The translations under genes and the position numbers were made by a program. Source: Candidatus Magasanikiibacteriota bacterium (GTDB lineage Bacteria; Patescibacteriota; Patescibacteriia; Magasanikbacterales; UBA922). Taken from it: a DNA stretch of 64,000 nucleotides. The stretch lies in the NCBI GenBank assembly GCA_003510435.1, contig DOMK01000018.1, forward strand, positions 14,121 to 78,120, in the 5' to 3' direction. The notes under the pieces were generated by a model, which was not told where the DNA came from, searched no databases, and was given only the letters and a program-made list of their open reading frames with translations. This document shows positions 1 to 10,681 of this stretch, piece after piece; within the stretch, counting starts at the first letter, position 1; each line of letters opens with the position of its first letter.

Positions 1-694
1 TAATCTTGATTGGGTACTAATTTTATCAGTAATTCCACTCTTGCTCTCAGCTTTTTTTGCTCTTCTTATCAAAGAAACACCCAAAGTACAGTCCACAGAG
101 GAAGTCCATTATCTTGACCACATAAAATCAGCATACAAGGAAGTAAAACAAAACAAAATCCTCTTATACTTTTTTGCCTTTGCTGTTGGCATAGATATTT
201 TTGGTGGTCTGGAAGAGTTTGACCAATTATATTACCAATTGGCTGGTTTACCTTTATTCGCTTTTGGTATTATAGGGTTTGTGTGGTCAATGCTTAATTC
301 TCTCGGTTCATATTTTGCCCATAAGTTAAAAAATGTACATTGGATTTATTATGGTTTACCTTTTTTTGGTTTTATTCTTTTACTTCTCGTCGGATTTTTT
401 CCGAGCATTCCAATGATTAGTTTATTATTACTATCCTACTTCATAACTTCACCTTTGATTGTCTTAATGGATAGTAAAATTCAACACAATATAAAATCAA
501 TAAGTAGAGCGACAGTAACTTCGGTTAGTCGTCTTCTCATAAACCTTTCTGGAGTCATCATGGCTCCACTCTTTGGACTTATAGCCAAGGTGTGGAATTT
601 ACAAGCAATCTATATTGCGACGGCAGTTTTTTTACTTTTATTTACCATATGGACATTGATAAGACGAAGGGTGTTTAATGAAAATAAAATTTAA
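1..694 (+). CDS. MFS transporter (5'-partial)
   Basis: Frame is open from the window edge. Multiple TM helices and a C-terminal MFS-type 'RATVTS' motif. Confidence 0.8.
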   Translation, partial: NLDWVLILSVIPLLLSAFFALLIKETPKVQSTEEVHYLDHIKSAYKEVKQNKILLYFFAFAVGIDIFGGLEEFDQLYYQLAGLPLFAFGIIGFVWSMLNSLGSYFAHKLKNVHWIYYGLPFFGFILLLLVGFFPSIPMISLLLLSYFITSPLIVLMDSKIQHNIKSISRATVTSVSRLLINLSGVIMAPLFGLIAKVWNLQAIYIATAVFLLLFTIWTLIRRRVFNENKI

Positions 695-741
695 TAAATA
701 TTTTGACTTCAAAAAAATTCGATACAATTCATCTTACCAAT

Positions 742-996
742 ATGAACGACATCAAACGCAAATGGGATCTAATACCTAAAGAAAAAAGAGAATCTTGTCT
801 TAAGGAAATCATTACTTTTTTCAAGACTGAAAGAGATGAAGAAATTGGTGTAATTGCCGCCGAAGATATTTTGAATTTCTTTTTAGAAAATATTGGCACT
901 GATATTTATAATAAGGGCGTGGCCGATGCCAAAGAAACTCTTAAAAAACGTTTTGATGATTTAGAATTAGATTTAGAGCTTTTGTTAAATAAATAA
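742..996 (+). CDS. DUF2164-family protein
   Basis: 'FFKTERDEEIGVIAAEDILNFF...IYNKGVADA' matches the DUF2164 pattern. ATG at 742 preferred over TTG at 703. Confidence 0.75.
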   Translation: MNDIKRKWDLIPKEKRESCLKEIITFFKTERDEEIGVIAAEDILNFFLENIGTDIYNKGVADAKETLKKRFDDLELDLELLLNK

Positions 997-1152
997 TTTT
1001 AGAACCAAACTCCGGGAGTTTGTTATCATCAACATTTAGATTTAATTAAATAAAAGATATTGTTAAAGAAAATATTTTCCACAAACAACAACTCCCGGAG
1101 TCTGTCTGGTGTATAATACCCAAACATTTTAATTGAAAAATAATTTTAATTT

Positions 1153-1401
1153 ATGACCAAAGAAAAAATATTTAATAACCTAACCCAGTTTGCCTTGCCC
1201 TCTCTAACTGTGGGCGCGCAAATCGCCACTTCATTAAAATTTCCTGAATGGGGATTAATTCTAAATTTATCAGTCCAACCTTTTTGGCTTTATTCGGCTT
1301 GGAAAGCTTATAAAAATGCCGGACAAATTGGCATTCTAATCACTTCTATAATCATGAGTATAGTAATCAGTTTGGGAATTATAAATTATTGGCTGTTGTA
1401 A
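1153..1401 (+). CDS. small membrane protein
   Basis: 82 aa, about 3 hydrophobic segments, followed by a terminator hairpin near 1425-1455. Confidence 0.65.
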   Translation: MTKEKIFNNLTQFALPSLTVGAQIATSLKFPEWGLILNLSVQPFWLYSAWKAYKNAGQIGILITSIIMSIVISLGIINYWLL

Positions 1402-1481
1402 AACAAAACTAAATTATCAAAACAAAAAACTACCTTACCATAAGATAGTTTTTTAATTCTTCCTAGATTATTTAATTAAAA

Positions 1482-2477
1482 TCATTCACTTAATAAGTTA
1501 GTAATAATTTTGATCATCTTATCTTTTTCTTTTGGATCACTAATAGCAATTAAAAGAGACAATGCAGTCAAAGCATTATCATTAATTTTCTTTTCTCCAG
1601 TCTTTCTATAAAGAAAATTATTCCTGTCCAAAAAATATACAAACAAAAATGCGCCAACCCGCTTATTACCATCAACAAAAGGATGGTCTTTAATCACAAA
1701 ATACAAAAGATGGGCTGCTTTTTCTTCCAAAGAAGTATATAGATCTTTTCCGCCAAAAGTTTGATAAATATTACCCAGAATAGCTTCAAATTTATTAGTA
1801 TTTTCCTGTCCAAACAAATCACTAGCTTCCCTTTTATTAATCAACTCTTTCTTTACACCGGCCACAACTTCTCTGGCCTCTTTATAATATAAAATAAATT
1901 TTGCCTTAGACTTTTTGGCCAAACTTAATTTATTATGATCATAATTTTTGAGTAAAGTGAGTGTCTTGGCATAATTATTTAGCAGAGTCAAAATCTCTTG
2001 TTCCTGCCCGGCCATAAGGTCGTGTCTAGCTTTTGTTTGCAAAAATGAAATAGTTTCTTTTAATTCTTTAAATTTATTCTCAGCCTGAAGCAAATATTTT
2101 TTATTTATAGCATAACCATGTATTAAATATTTATTGAGAATCCCACTCGCCCATTGACGAAAATGAATGGCTCTAGAAGAACTAGTTCTGTAACCCACAG
2201 ACAGAATTACATCAAGACTATAAAATGCCACAGGCTTATCGGATTTTGCAATGTGCAAATAATGCACATTGCTTTCTTTACCCACTTCTTTGTCTTTAAA
2301 AATCTTATTGATATGTTTAGATATAACAGAACGTTCTTTTCCAAACAATTTAGCAATTTCATCCTGCTTCAACCAGACTGTTTCCTGTTCAAAATGTACG
2401 TCCAATTTAGGACCATCCTTAGTCCTGTAAATTACAATCTCATCTTTTTTAATTTTTTTCTCTTTTTTCTTTTTCAT
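1482..2477 (-). CDS. RhuM-like/Fic-Doc family protein
   Basis: N-terminal RhuM-like 'ETVWL...YSLDVILSVGYR'; Fic motif HPFVDGNKR. Confidence 0.9.
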   Translation of the reverse strand: MKKKKEKKIKKDEIVIYRTKDGPKLDVHFEQETVWLKQDEIAKLFGKERSVISKHINKIFKDKEVGKESNVHYLHIAKSDKPVAFYSLDVILSVGYRTSSSRAIHFRQWASGILNKYLIHGYAINKKYLLQAENKFKELKETISFLQTKARHDLMAGQEQEILTLLNNYAKTLTLLKNYDHNKLSLAKKSKAKFILYYKEAREVVAGVKKELINKREASDLFGQENTNKFEAILGNIYQTFGGKDLYTSLEEKAAHLLYFVIKDHPFVDGNKRVGAFLFVYFLDRNNFLYRKTGEKKINDNALTALSLLIAISDPKEKDKMIKIITNLLSE

Positions 2478-2509
2478 ACCCAAATATTATACCATAAAAA
2501 TCAAAAACA

Positions 2510-2551
2510 AAAATCCCCCTCCGAAGCTTTATGCGAAGGAGGGGGATTTTT
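2510..2551. terminator. rpoC terminator containing a palindromic CCTCCGAAGCTTTATGCGAAGGAGG element
   Basis: AAAATCCCCCTCC...AGGAGGGGGATTTT inverted repeat with A/T tails. Confidence 0.7.
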
Positions 2552-2594
2552 TATTCTTATTTATCTGTAGATCCGGATTATCAGTAATCAGTAG

Positions 2595-5500
2595 CTATTC
2601 GTGATACCCCGTACCCGCTGGAATCCGACGACCGATAATAACATTTTCTTTCAAGCCTTCTAAATAATCTACTTTGCCAGTAATGGCCGCATTGATAAGA
2701 ACACGAGCGGTCTCTTGGAATGAAGCAGCCGACAAGAAGCTCTGAGTAGAAAGAGAAACTTTGGAAATACCAAGGAATAATTCTCTACCAGCTGATTCTT
2801 TTTTACTATCTTTCAAGGCATCAGTATTAGCGTTCATAAATTGCGTTCGTTCCACTGTCTCACCTGGCAATAAATCTGTCTCACCTGGATCTTCAATATA
2901 AATACGAGAGAACATTTGCTTGATAATAATTTCTACATGTTTATCATTCAAACGTTGACCTTGAGAAGCATAGATTTCTTGAATCTCTTTCAAAATATAA
3001 TTTTGTACTGCATACCGGCCTTTTAACTCATACAACTCTTGCAAATTAATTGCTCCTTCAGTCAACTGGTCTCCTTTCTTTACTTCATCACCAGTCTTTG
3101 CCCACAATTTATAACCCATTGGAGTAATATATTCTTTGGTGTGTCTGCCTTCATAAGTCAGGACTAATTGCTTATCATCCATATGCACTGTGCCTTCGTA
3201 CTTGGCTCTAAATTCCTCACCAGAACTACCCCGAACAATCAAAATATCATCTTGATTTACTTTTTGACCATCCACGACTTGCACTTCATCTTCAGATTTT
3301 ACTTTTACTTTTATTTCATCCACGCCTTCAAAATGAACTTTGACAATTTTTTGTCCTCTCCGACCTTCAAAAATCTTACGGCCAGTTGGGCTAGTAATTA
3401 CTTTACCATCAGCATCTTCAATTTCTACCGTACCATCGACTTCAGACAAGACGGCTTTTCTTTTTGGATTGCGCGCTTCAAACAATTCTTCTACTCTTGG
3501 TAAACCCTGAGTAATATCTCCACCACCAGCGACCCCACCAAGGTGGAAGGTTCTCATGGTAAGTTGGGTACCAGGTTCACCAATGGATTGAGCAGCGATA
3601 ATACCAACGGCTGTACCTTTTTTGACCAATTCACGATTGGACAAATCATAACCATAACATTTTACGCACACGCCTTTTGGTAATTTGCATTTCAATACTG
3701 AACGGACATGAACTTCTTCGACTTCAGTTTCTTCAATTTGACGTACATGTTCTGGAGAAATTACTTCACCCGCTTTTACCAAAACTTTACCTTTGACATC
3801 TTTTACATCTGATAGAACAAACCGACCAAGCACGCGTTCAGAAATCTTTTCACCCATATCAATTGATTGTTCTTTGGTAAACACTTCACCACTATTATCA
3901 CCACAATCTTCATCGAGAACAACCACATCTTGGGCTACATCTACCAAACGACGAGTGAGATAACCAGCGTTGGCCGTACGAAGAGCCGTATCAGACAAAC
4001 CTTTTCTGGTACCGTGAGAAGAGATAAAAAATTCTAGTACATCAAAGCCTTCTTTAAAGTTGCCTTTGACTGGCAATTCAATAATTTCTCCGGATGGTGA
4101 AGCTACCAAGCCTTTCATACCAATCACCTGACCCAGCTGACCCCAAGAACCGCGGGCGCCAGAATCAATCATGGCAAAGACTGAACCATCTTTATTCAAA
4201 GCTTCTTTGTTGAAAGACACAACTTTGTCTTTTACTTCAGTCCAAATTTCCAAAATTTTAGAATGTCTTTCACTATCAGTGAGTAAACCATCTTTATATT
4301 GATCCCAAACTTCTTCTACCCGGTCATCACCTTCAATCAAAATATTTTTCTTTTCGGCAATATGACCAAAGTTGTCCATGCCGAGTGAATAACCAGACTT
4401 GGTAACATATTTGAAACCTAATTTTTTAATTCTATCCAAAAATTTAGCTGTTTCTTCTTGACCATAAAATTCGAGCAAGAGCTTGATGATTTGGGCTAAG
4501 TGTTTTTTGGTAATAGTTTCATTATAATAAGCTAATTTTTCTGGCATGACTTCATTAAACAAAATTCTTCCTATTGAGGTTTCAATAATTGGCCCATCAC
4601 CTTCTGGAAATTTTGCTAAATCATCAAATCGAACTTTGATTCTTTCTTTCAAAGTAATCCGACGAACTTTGTAAGCAAAACGTGCTTCTTTTTCATTGGA
4701 GAAAAATTTCTTTACTTCTTTGGTATCATCTTCAGCGTATTTGGTTAGATAATAACAACCCAGAGCAATATCCTGTTGTGGAGTAGTCACTGGCGCACCT
4801 GTGGCCGGCTTCAATAAATTCTTTTCTGCGGCCATCAAATTTTCTGCTTCCCAACGAGCTTCATCAGTTAGAGGTAAATGAACAGCCATTTGGTCACCGT
4901 CAAAGTCAGCGTTGAAAGCTGGACAAACTAATGGGTGTAAGCGAATCGCTTTACCTTCTACCAATTGTGGTTTGAAAGCTTGGATACCAAGACGGTGCAA
5001 GGTTGGAGCACGGTTTAATAAGACACGACTCTTCTTGGTCATTTCTTCCAAAATATCCCAAACTTCTGGCGCATTGGTTTCAATAAACCGAGAAGCACTC
5101 CTTACATTATGAGCCAATTCGCGTTTTATAATTTCGGCCATAACAAATGGTTTGAATAATTCCAAAGCCATTCTTTTTGGGATACCACATTCGCTAATGG
5201 CCAAATTTGGTCCAACCACGATTACCGAACGACCAGAATAATCTACCCGTTTACCAAGTAAGTTTTGACGGAAACGACCTTGCTTACCTTTCAAAATATC
5301 AGCCAAAGAACGTAACTGTCTTTTTTGACCTGTCGAAGCGGTCACAGTCTTAGAAGCGCGAGCATTGTTATCAATCAAAGCATCTACCGCTTCTTGCAAC
5401 ATACGCTTTTCATTACGACAAATAACTTCTGGAGCATTCAGTTCAATCAACCTTTTCAAACGATTATTACGATTGATCACTCGGCGATACAAATCATTCA

Positions 5501-6473
5501 AATCTGAAGTGGCAAATCGACCACCATCAAGCGCTACCATTGGCCGTAAATCTGGTGGTACCACTGGAATCGTAGTCATGATCATCCATTCTGGTCTAAT
5601 CGCATTCTTGTCCAAACTCTTCAAAAGTTTTACGCGACGAACCAAACGATCACGTTTGGCTCCTTTAGATTTTTCAGTTTCTGCTTCCAAATTTTTAATA
5701 GTTTGAGGAAGATTTAATTTTTCAAGCAAACTACGAACAGCACCCGCACCAATCTCCGCGTCAAACAAATGACCAAAACGCACTGACAATTCTTGATAAC
5801 GATTTTCTGAAACAATCTTCAACATCTGAATATCTTTTAGATCCAATTCAGCACTTTTGAAATCTTCATCCAAAGATTCATTTTTTCGATCACGTTCTTT
5901 GGCAATTTCTTCTATCACGTCTCGGCCTTGTTTCTTGGCATTAGCATCAGCCACGCTCATTTCAAATTCTTTTTCAATTTGTTTTTTCTTAGACTTATAT
6001 TCTTGTTTCAACAGTTCATGAGTTTGTTTTTTCACTTCTTCATCAATTTTGGTAATAATGAACGAAGCAAAATAAATCACTTTTTCCAAAGCTTGAATAG
6101 ATAAATCCAAAACTAAACCAACTTTTGATGGAATAGAACGTAAAAACCAAATATGAGAAACTGGTGCAGCCAATTCAATATGCCCCATTCGTTCCCGACG
6201 AACGAGAGAGTGAGTCACTTCAACTCCGCACTTGTCACAAACAATTCCTTTGTAACGAATTTTTTTATACTTGCCACAGTAACATTCCCAATCTTTGGTT
6301 GGTCCAAAAATTTCTTCGGCAAACAAACCACCTTTTTCTGGTTTTTGCGTACGATAATTTATGGTTTCTGGTTTTGACACCTCGCCATAAGACCAGCCCT
6401 TAATAACTTCTGGGCTAGCCACCTTTAGTCTCAAGGCATCAAAATCCATAGAGTGAATAGTATCGCGTATCAT
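2595..6473 (-). CDS. rpoC: RNA polymerase beta' subunit
   Basis: NADFDGD, Zn-finger CYCGKYK, 'QLTMRTFH'. Confidence 0.99.
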   Translation of the reverse strand: MIRDTIHSMDFDALRLKVASPEVIKGWSYGEVSKPETINYRTQKPEKGGLFAEEIFGPTKDWECYCGKYKKIRYKGIVCDKCGVEVTHSLVRRERMGHIELAAPVSHIWFLRSIPSKVGLVLDLSIQALEKVIYFASFIITKIDEEVKKQTHELLKQEYKSKKKQIEKEFEMSVADANAKKQGRDVIEEIAKERDRKNESLDEDFKSAELDLKDIQMLKIVSENRYQELSVRFGHLFDAEIGAGAVRSLLEKLNLPQTIKNLEAETEKSKGAKRDRLVRRVKLLKSLDKNAIRPEWMIMTTIPVVPPDLRPMVALDGGRFATSDLNDLYRRVINRNNRLKRLIELNAPEVICRNEKRMLQEAVDALIDNNARASKTVTASTGQKRQLRSLADILKGKQGRFRQNLLGKRVDYSGRSVIVVGPNLAISECGIPKRMALELFKPFVMAEIIKRELAHNVRSASRFIETNAPEVWDILEEMTKKSRVLLNRAPTLHRLGIQAFKPQLVEGKAIRLHPLVCPAFNADFDGDQMAVHLPLTDEARWEAENLMAAEKNLLKPATGAPVTTPQQDIALGCYYLTKYAEDDTKEVKKFFSNEKEARFAYKVRRITLKERIKVRFDDLAKFPEGDGPIIETSIGRILFNEVMPEKLAYYNETITKKHLAQIIKLLLEFYGQEETAKFLDRIKKLGFKYVTKSGYSLGMDNFGHIAEKKNILIEGDDRVEEVWDQYKDGLLTDSERHSKILEIWTEVKDKVVSFNKEALNKDGSVFAMIDSGARGSWGQLGQVIGMKGLVASPSGEIIELPVKGNFKEGFDVLEFFISSHGTRKGLSDTALRTANAGYLTRRLVDVAQDVVVLDEDCGDNSGEVFTKEQSIDMGEKISERVLGRFVLSDVKDVKGKVLVKAGEVISPEHVRQIEETEVEEVHVRSVLKCKLPKGVCVKCYGYDLSNRELVKKGTAVGIIAAQSIGEPGTQLTMRTFHLGGVAGGGDITQGLPRVEELFEARNPKRKAVLSEVDGTVEIEDADGKVITSPTGRKIFEGRRGQKIVKVHFEGVDEIKVKVKSEDEVQVVDGQKVNQDDILIVRGSSGEEFRAKYEGTVHMDDKQLVLTYEGRHTKEYITPMGYKLWAKTGDEVKKGDQLTEGAINLQELYELKGRYAVQNYILKEIQEIYASQGQRLNDKHVEIIIKQMFSRIYIEDPGETDLLPGETVERTQFMNANTDALKDSKKESAGRELFLGISKVSLSTQSFLSAASFQETARVLINAAITGKVDYLEGLKENVIIGRRIPAGTGYHE

Positions 6474-6519
6474 ATTTTTTTAATTAGCTTTTATTTAGGT
6501 AAGTAAGTTAGTAATTAAT

Positions 6520-9500
6520 TTAATCTTCAATTTCAGTTTTTACATCATCACTATTTGATTCAGTAAAATTTCCTTCTTGCAATTCACGTTCTTTTCTTCT
6601 TGTTTCCCTTACTTCCTCAGCTGGCAAATAAACTCCACTATCATCTTTGGATAACAATTCTACATCTAGACCTAGGCCTTTCATTTCTCTAACTAATACA
6701 TTGAATGATTCTGGAATATTTACCTTGCTAATCTTTTCACCTTTAATAATGGCTTCATAAGCTTTTGATCTACCTGGTACATCATCAGATTTGATGGTCA
6801 AAATCTCTTGTAGAGTATGGGAAGCACCATAAGCTTCTAAGGCCCAAACTTCCATTTCTCCAAATCTCTGACCACCCGATTGAGCTTTACCACCCAAAGG
6901 CTGTTGTGTAATCAAACTGTATGGACCAATTGATCTCTGATGAATTTTATCTTCCACCATATGATTCAATTTGAGCATGTAGTTGTAACCTACAGTAGTT
7001 TTGTGATCAAATGGTTCACCAGTTCTACCATCGCATAATTGTAATTGACCATCAACTGGAAAACCAGCCCGTTCCAATTCAGTTTTAATTTGTTCTTCTG
7101 TAATACCATTTAGAACTGGAGTGGCAGATTTGTAGCCCAAAGAATTGGCCGCTAAACCTAGGTGGGTTTCTAACAATTGTCCCAGGTTCATACGAGAGAT
7201 AACGCCAAGTGGAGATAAAATAATATCGACTGGCGTACCATCTTCCAAAAATGGCATGTCTTCGACTGGCACTACGCGAGAAATAACACCTTTGTTACCA
7301 TGACGACCAGCCATCTTATCACCCGGTTGCATTTTTCTCATGTCAGCGACTGTCACCTGGACTTGTTTGCTCACGCCTGGCTGTAATTTGTCACCAACTT
7401 CGGCCGAGAAAACTTTGATATCAATTACTTTACCATGTTCACCATGTTCTAGATAAAGAGAAGAATCACGCACATCACGCGCTTTTTCTCCAAAGATGGC
7501 ACGTAATAATCTTTCTTCAGCTGACAATTCAGTTTCACCTTTTGGGGTAATCTTACCAACCAAAATGTCACCAGACTGGACTTCAGCCCCAATTCGAACG
7601 ACACCTTCAGCATCAAGATTTTTTAATTTTTCTTCACTCACGTTTGGAATATCCGCGGTCACAACTTCTGGTCCTAATTTGGTATCACGGACATCGGTGG
7701 CATAATCTTCAATATGAATAGAAGTGAATTTATCTTTTTGGACTAAACGTTCAGAAATAATTACCGCATCTTCATAGTTGAAACCATCCCAAACCATATA
7801 GGCTACCAAAACGTTTTGACCTAGAGCTAATTCACCACCTTGAGTAGATGGACCATCAGCCAACACATCACCTTTTTTCACCTTATCATGTAGATTGGTA
7901 ATTATTCTTTGATTAATTGAACTGGAAGCATTGGATCTAACAAATTTATTCAAATTATATTTAAAGACTTTACCTTTTTTGGTTGTTAATTCAATTCTTC
8001 CGCCATCAACATAAGTAATTTCGCCATCATCATCAGCCAAAATAACATGTCCACTATTTTCTGCCGCGGCTTTTTCTACCCCCGTACCCACCAATGGTGA
8101 ATCTGGAGTAATACAAGGCACAGCTTGTCTTTGCATGTTTGTACCCATGAGAGCCCGAGTCGCGTCATCATGTTCTAGAAAAGGAATCAAGCTGGTCGCA
8201 ATGCTCAAAATCTGATTGGAAGCCACATCAATGTAGTCAATCTTATGAGTCTTGGACATGCCTGGTTCACCTTTAATACGAGCCGGCACTCTTTCGGCTA
8301 ACAAGAAACCATCTTTATCTACTTCCACAGTCGAAGAAGCAGTCACAGTTCTTTCTTCTTCAAAAGAATTGAGATAAACAATTTCATTGGTCACGCGCGG
8401 TTTGACAGCAATAGTTTTCAAATCCTTTTTACCTTCTAATTTTTTTGCAATCTCTTTGGTAATTTTCTCTCCCGCATCTACCGCCCCTTTTATATCTTCG
8501 CGAGCAATTTCACCTTCAGTAAAACGAGCTTCATTTGGTACATCATGGTTCACTTTACGATATGGTGTTTCCAAGAAACCAAAAGTGTTTACTTTTGAAT
8601 GGCTAGCTAAGTGACCAACCAAACCAATGTTTGGACCTTCTGGCGTAGCAATCGGACAGATTCTACCATAGTGAGTAGTGTGAACGTCACGAACTTCAAA
8701 ACCAGCCCGATCACGAGACAAACCTCCCGGTCCAAGAGCGGAGATTCTACGTTTGTGTTCCAATTCAGCCAAAGGATTTACTTGGTCCATGAATTGAGAC
8801 AATTGTGAGCTCATGAAAAATTCATGCACCGCCCCAATTACCGGACGAGCATTAATAAGCTTATTAGGTGATAGACCTTCTAATTCATATGTACTCATTC
8901 TATCTTTCACAATTCTTTCCATACGAGCCATACCAACGCGGAAACGATTCTGGACCAATTCACCCACGGCGCGAATCCGACGATTACCCAAATGATCAAT
9001 ATCATCTGGCTCTTCTTGAGTGACATTTAATCTCACGACTTCTTTTAAAACTAATAATAATTTTTCTGGACTTAAGATCCGATTTTCTTTTTGATCAAAA
9101 TCTTCCCGTTTCAAATTCAATTGAAATTTGATATTGAATTTGTAAATACCAACCTTGCCTAAATCATAACGATCAAAATTAAAAAACATGGCATGAACCA
9201 AACTCTTGGCATTGTCCGATGTAGCCAAATCTCCTGGACGAATTCTTTTATAAACTTCAATCAAACCTTCATCTTCATTGGCCGCCGCATCTTTCTTGAT
9301 CGTATTTTCTACAAAATCAATATTAGGATGATTGTTAACATCAGTAAATAATTTTTTAATATCATCATCAGTAGAATAACCAAAAGCCCGGAGTAATGAA
9401 GTGGCCGCCACTTTACGTTTGCGATCTACTTTTATCCAGACCACATTGTTTTGGTCAGTTTCAATTTCAATCCAAGCCCCACGGTTAGGAATAATCTTGG

Positions 9501-9978
9501 CGCCATAATACTTTCTACCACGAACATTTTCAGCTGTAAAAAAAGCCCCGGCACTTCTAATCAATTGGGAAACCACACATCGTTCAATCCCATTGATAAT
9601 AAAAGTTCCGCGCTTGGTCATAACGGGCACATCACCCAAATATATTTCTTGACTATTTTCTTCTTTGGTTCTCTTGTTTAATAACCGAGCAATCACGCGC
9701 AATGGAGCATCATAAGAAATATTTTTTTCACGACAATTTACTTCATCAAATTTTGGTTCATCAATAAAATAATCTTCTAGATATAATTCCAAATCACGAC
9801 CAGTAAAATCTGTAATCGGTGAAATTTCTTCAAAAAGTTCTTTAATCCCTTCTTTAAAAAACCAATCATAAGAATCCTTTTGCACTTGAATTAAATCTGG
9901 TAGAGGTTGAGCATCTCTCTTGTCAGTAAAAAACTTGCGGTCTTTTACTGTTGTCACCTGTCGTCTACATGTAGGCAT
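6520..9978 (-). CDS. rpoB: RNA polymerase beta subunit
   Basis: GDKMAGRHGNKG, QRFGEMEVWALEAY. Exact start uncertain (ATG 9978 or nearby GTG). Confidence 0.99.
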   Translation of the reverse strand: MPTCRRQVTTVKDRKFFTDKRDAQPLPDLIQVQKDSYDWFFKEGIKELFEEISPITDFTGRDLELYLEDYFIDEPKFDEVNCREKNISYDAPLRVIARLLNKRTKEENSQEIYLGDVPVMTKRGTFIINGIERCVVSQLIRSAGAFFTAENVRGRKYYGAKIIPNRGAWIEIETDQNNVVWIKVDRKRKVAATSLLRAFGYSTDDDIKKLFTDVNNHPNIDFVENTIKKDAAANEDEGLIEVYKRIRPGDLATSDNAKSLVHAMFFNFDRYDLGKVGIYKFNIKFQLNLKREDFDQKENRILSPEKLLLVLKEVVRLNVTQEEPDDIDHLGNRRIRAVGELVQNRFRVGMARMERIVKDRMSTYELEGLSPNKLINARPVIGAVHEFFMSSQLSQFMDQVNPLAELEHKRRISALGPGGLSRDRAGFEVRDVHTTHYGRICPIATPEGPNIGLVGHLASHSKVNTFGFLETPYRKVNHDVPNEARFTEGEIAREDIKGAVDAGEKITKEIAKKLEGKKDLKTIAVKPRVTNEIVYLNSFEEERTVTASSTVEVDKDGFLLAERVPARIKGEPGMSKTHKIDYIDVASNQILSIATSLIPFLEHDDATRALMGTNMQRQAVPCITPDSPLVGTGVEKAAAENSGHVILADDDGEITYVDGGRIELTTKKGKVFKYNLNKFVRSNASSSINQRIITNLHDKVKKGDVLADGPSTQGGELALGQNVLVAYMVWDGFNYEDAVIISERLVQKDKFTSIHIEDYATDVRDTKLGPEVVTADIPNVSEEKLKNLDAEGVVRIGAEVQSGDILVGKITPKGETELSAEERLLRAIFGEKARDVRDSSLYLEHGEHGKVIDIKVFSAEVGDKLQPGVSKQVQVTVADMRKMQPGDKMAGRHGNKGVISRVVPVEDMPFLEDGTPVDIILSPLGVISRMNLGQLLETHLGLAANSLGYKSATPVLNGITEEQIKTELERAGFPVDGQLQLCDGRTGEPFDHKTTVGYNYMLKLNHMVEDKIHQRSIGPYSLITQQPLGGKAQSGGQRFGEMEVWALEAYGASHTLQEILTIKSDDVPGRSKAYEAIIKGEKISKVNIPESFNVLVREMKGLGLDVELLSKDDSGVYLPAEEVRETRRKERELQEGNFTESNSDDVKTEIED

Positions 9979-10261
9979 AGATTTTATATTAATTTTTATC
10001 TGAATGAAATTTGGATTTTTCTAAGTAAAACCCCATATCTCACTCCGAAAATTATTATACGAACACAAAAGACAGCCCTCGCTGTTAGCTGGTCATAAAA
10101 ATTAACTTATTTTTTGTCGAAGACTATGAAAGTCATGTGGTCTTAGGTACTTTTACCCTCAACAGGATCCTCGTAAGGTATCCAGAGAGTATATGCACCC
10201 CAGGTTTTCTGTTTCAGACACATTGAAGATCTTTGGGGCATCCCCGGAGAAATTAGGCTCA

Positions 10262-10290
10262 ATTATATAGGAAAGCTGAGATATTGTCAA
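10262..10290 (-). promoter_or_regulatory. sigma70 promoter of rpoBC
   Basis: Perfect TTGACA-N17-TATAAT on the minus strand. Confidence 0.8.
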
Positions 10291-10390
10291 ATATGGAGCT
10301 TTTGTCAATAACTTTGTTTTTTGGCTTATTTTAGCTAAAAAATTAAATTAGTGGATTTTTTATCCACAGGTTGTACCGAATTATTCGTTT

Positions 10391-10681
10391 TTAGACGAAT
10401 TTTATTTCCAAAGTCTTGCCCAAAGCTGAAGCCACTTTGACCAACATATCAGTAGAAAAGTTCTGTTTTCCCGCTTCCATTCTCGCCACATTACTTTGAG
10501 TGGTACCAATTTTCTTGGCCAATTGACTTTGTGATACTTTTTTCTTTTTGCGCAATTGCAAAATTTGGTAAGCAATTTCTAACTGTTTACCATACTCATC
10601 AAACATTAGTTTGAATTCAGGATTTTTAAGTTCTCTTTTTAGATCTTCTTCAAAATCATTTGTTTTATTTTTATTCTTCAT
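10391..10681 (-). CDS. HigA-like XRE HTH antitoxin
   Basis: 'LRKKKKVSQSQLAKKIGTTQSNVARMEAG'; lies downstream of and overlaps the RelE-type toxin. Confidence 0.85.
   Translation of the reverse strand: MKNKNKTNDFEEDLKRELKNPEFKLMFDEYGKQLEIAYQILQLRKKKKVSQSQLAKKIGTTQSNVARMEAGKQNFSTDMLVKVASALGKTLEIKFV

Noticed and set aside
9955-9978. RpoB N-terminus MPTCRRQV encoded by a small palindrome (CTACATGTAG)
   Set aside because: Could be a decayed micro-element, but it is too short and divergent to assign, and the real start may be the following GTG.
10350-10370. DnaA boxes as a replication origin
   Set aside because: Boxes are single and scattered; no cluster, unwinding element or dnaA/dnaN nearby.
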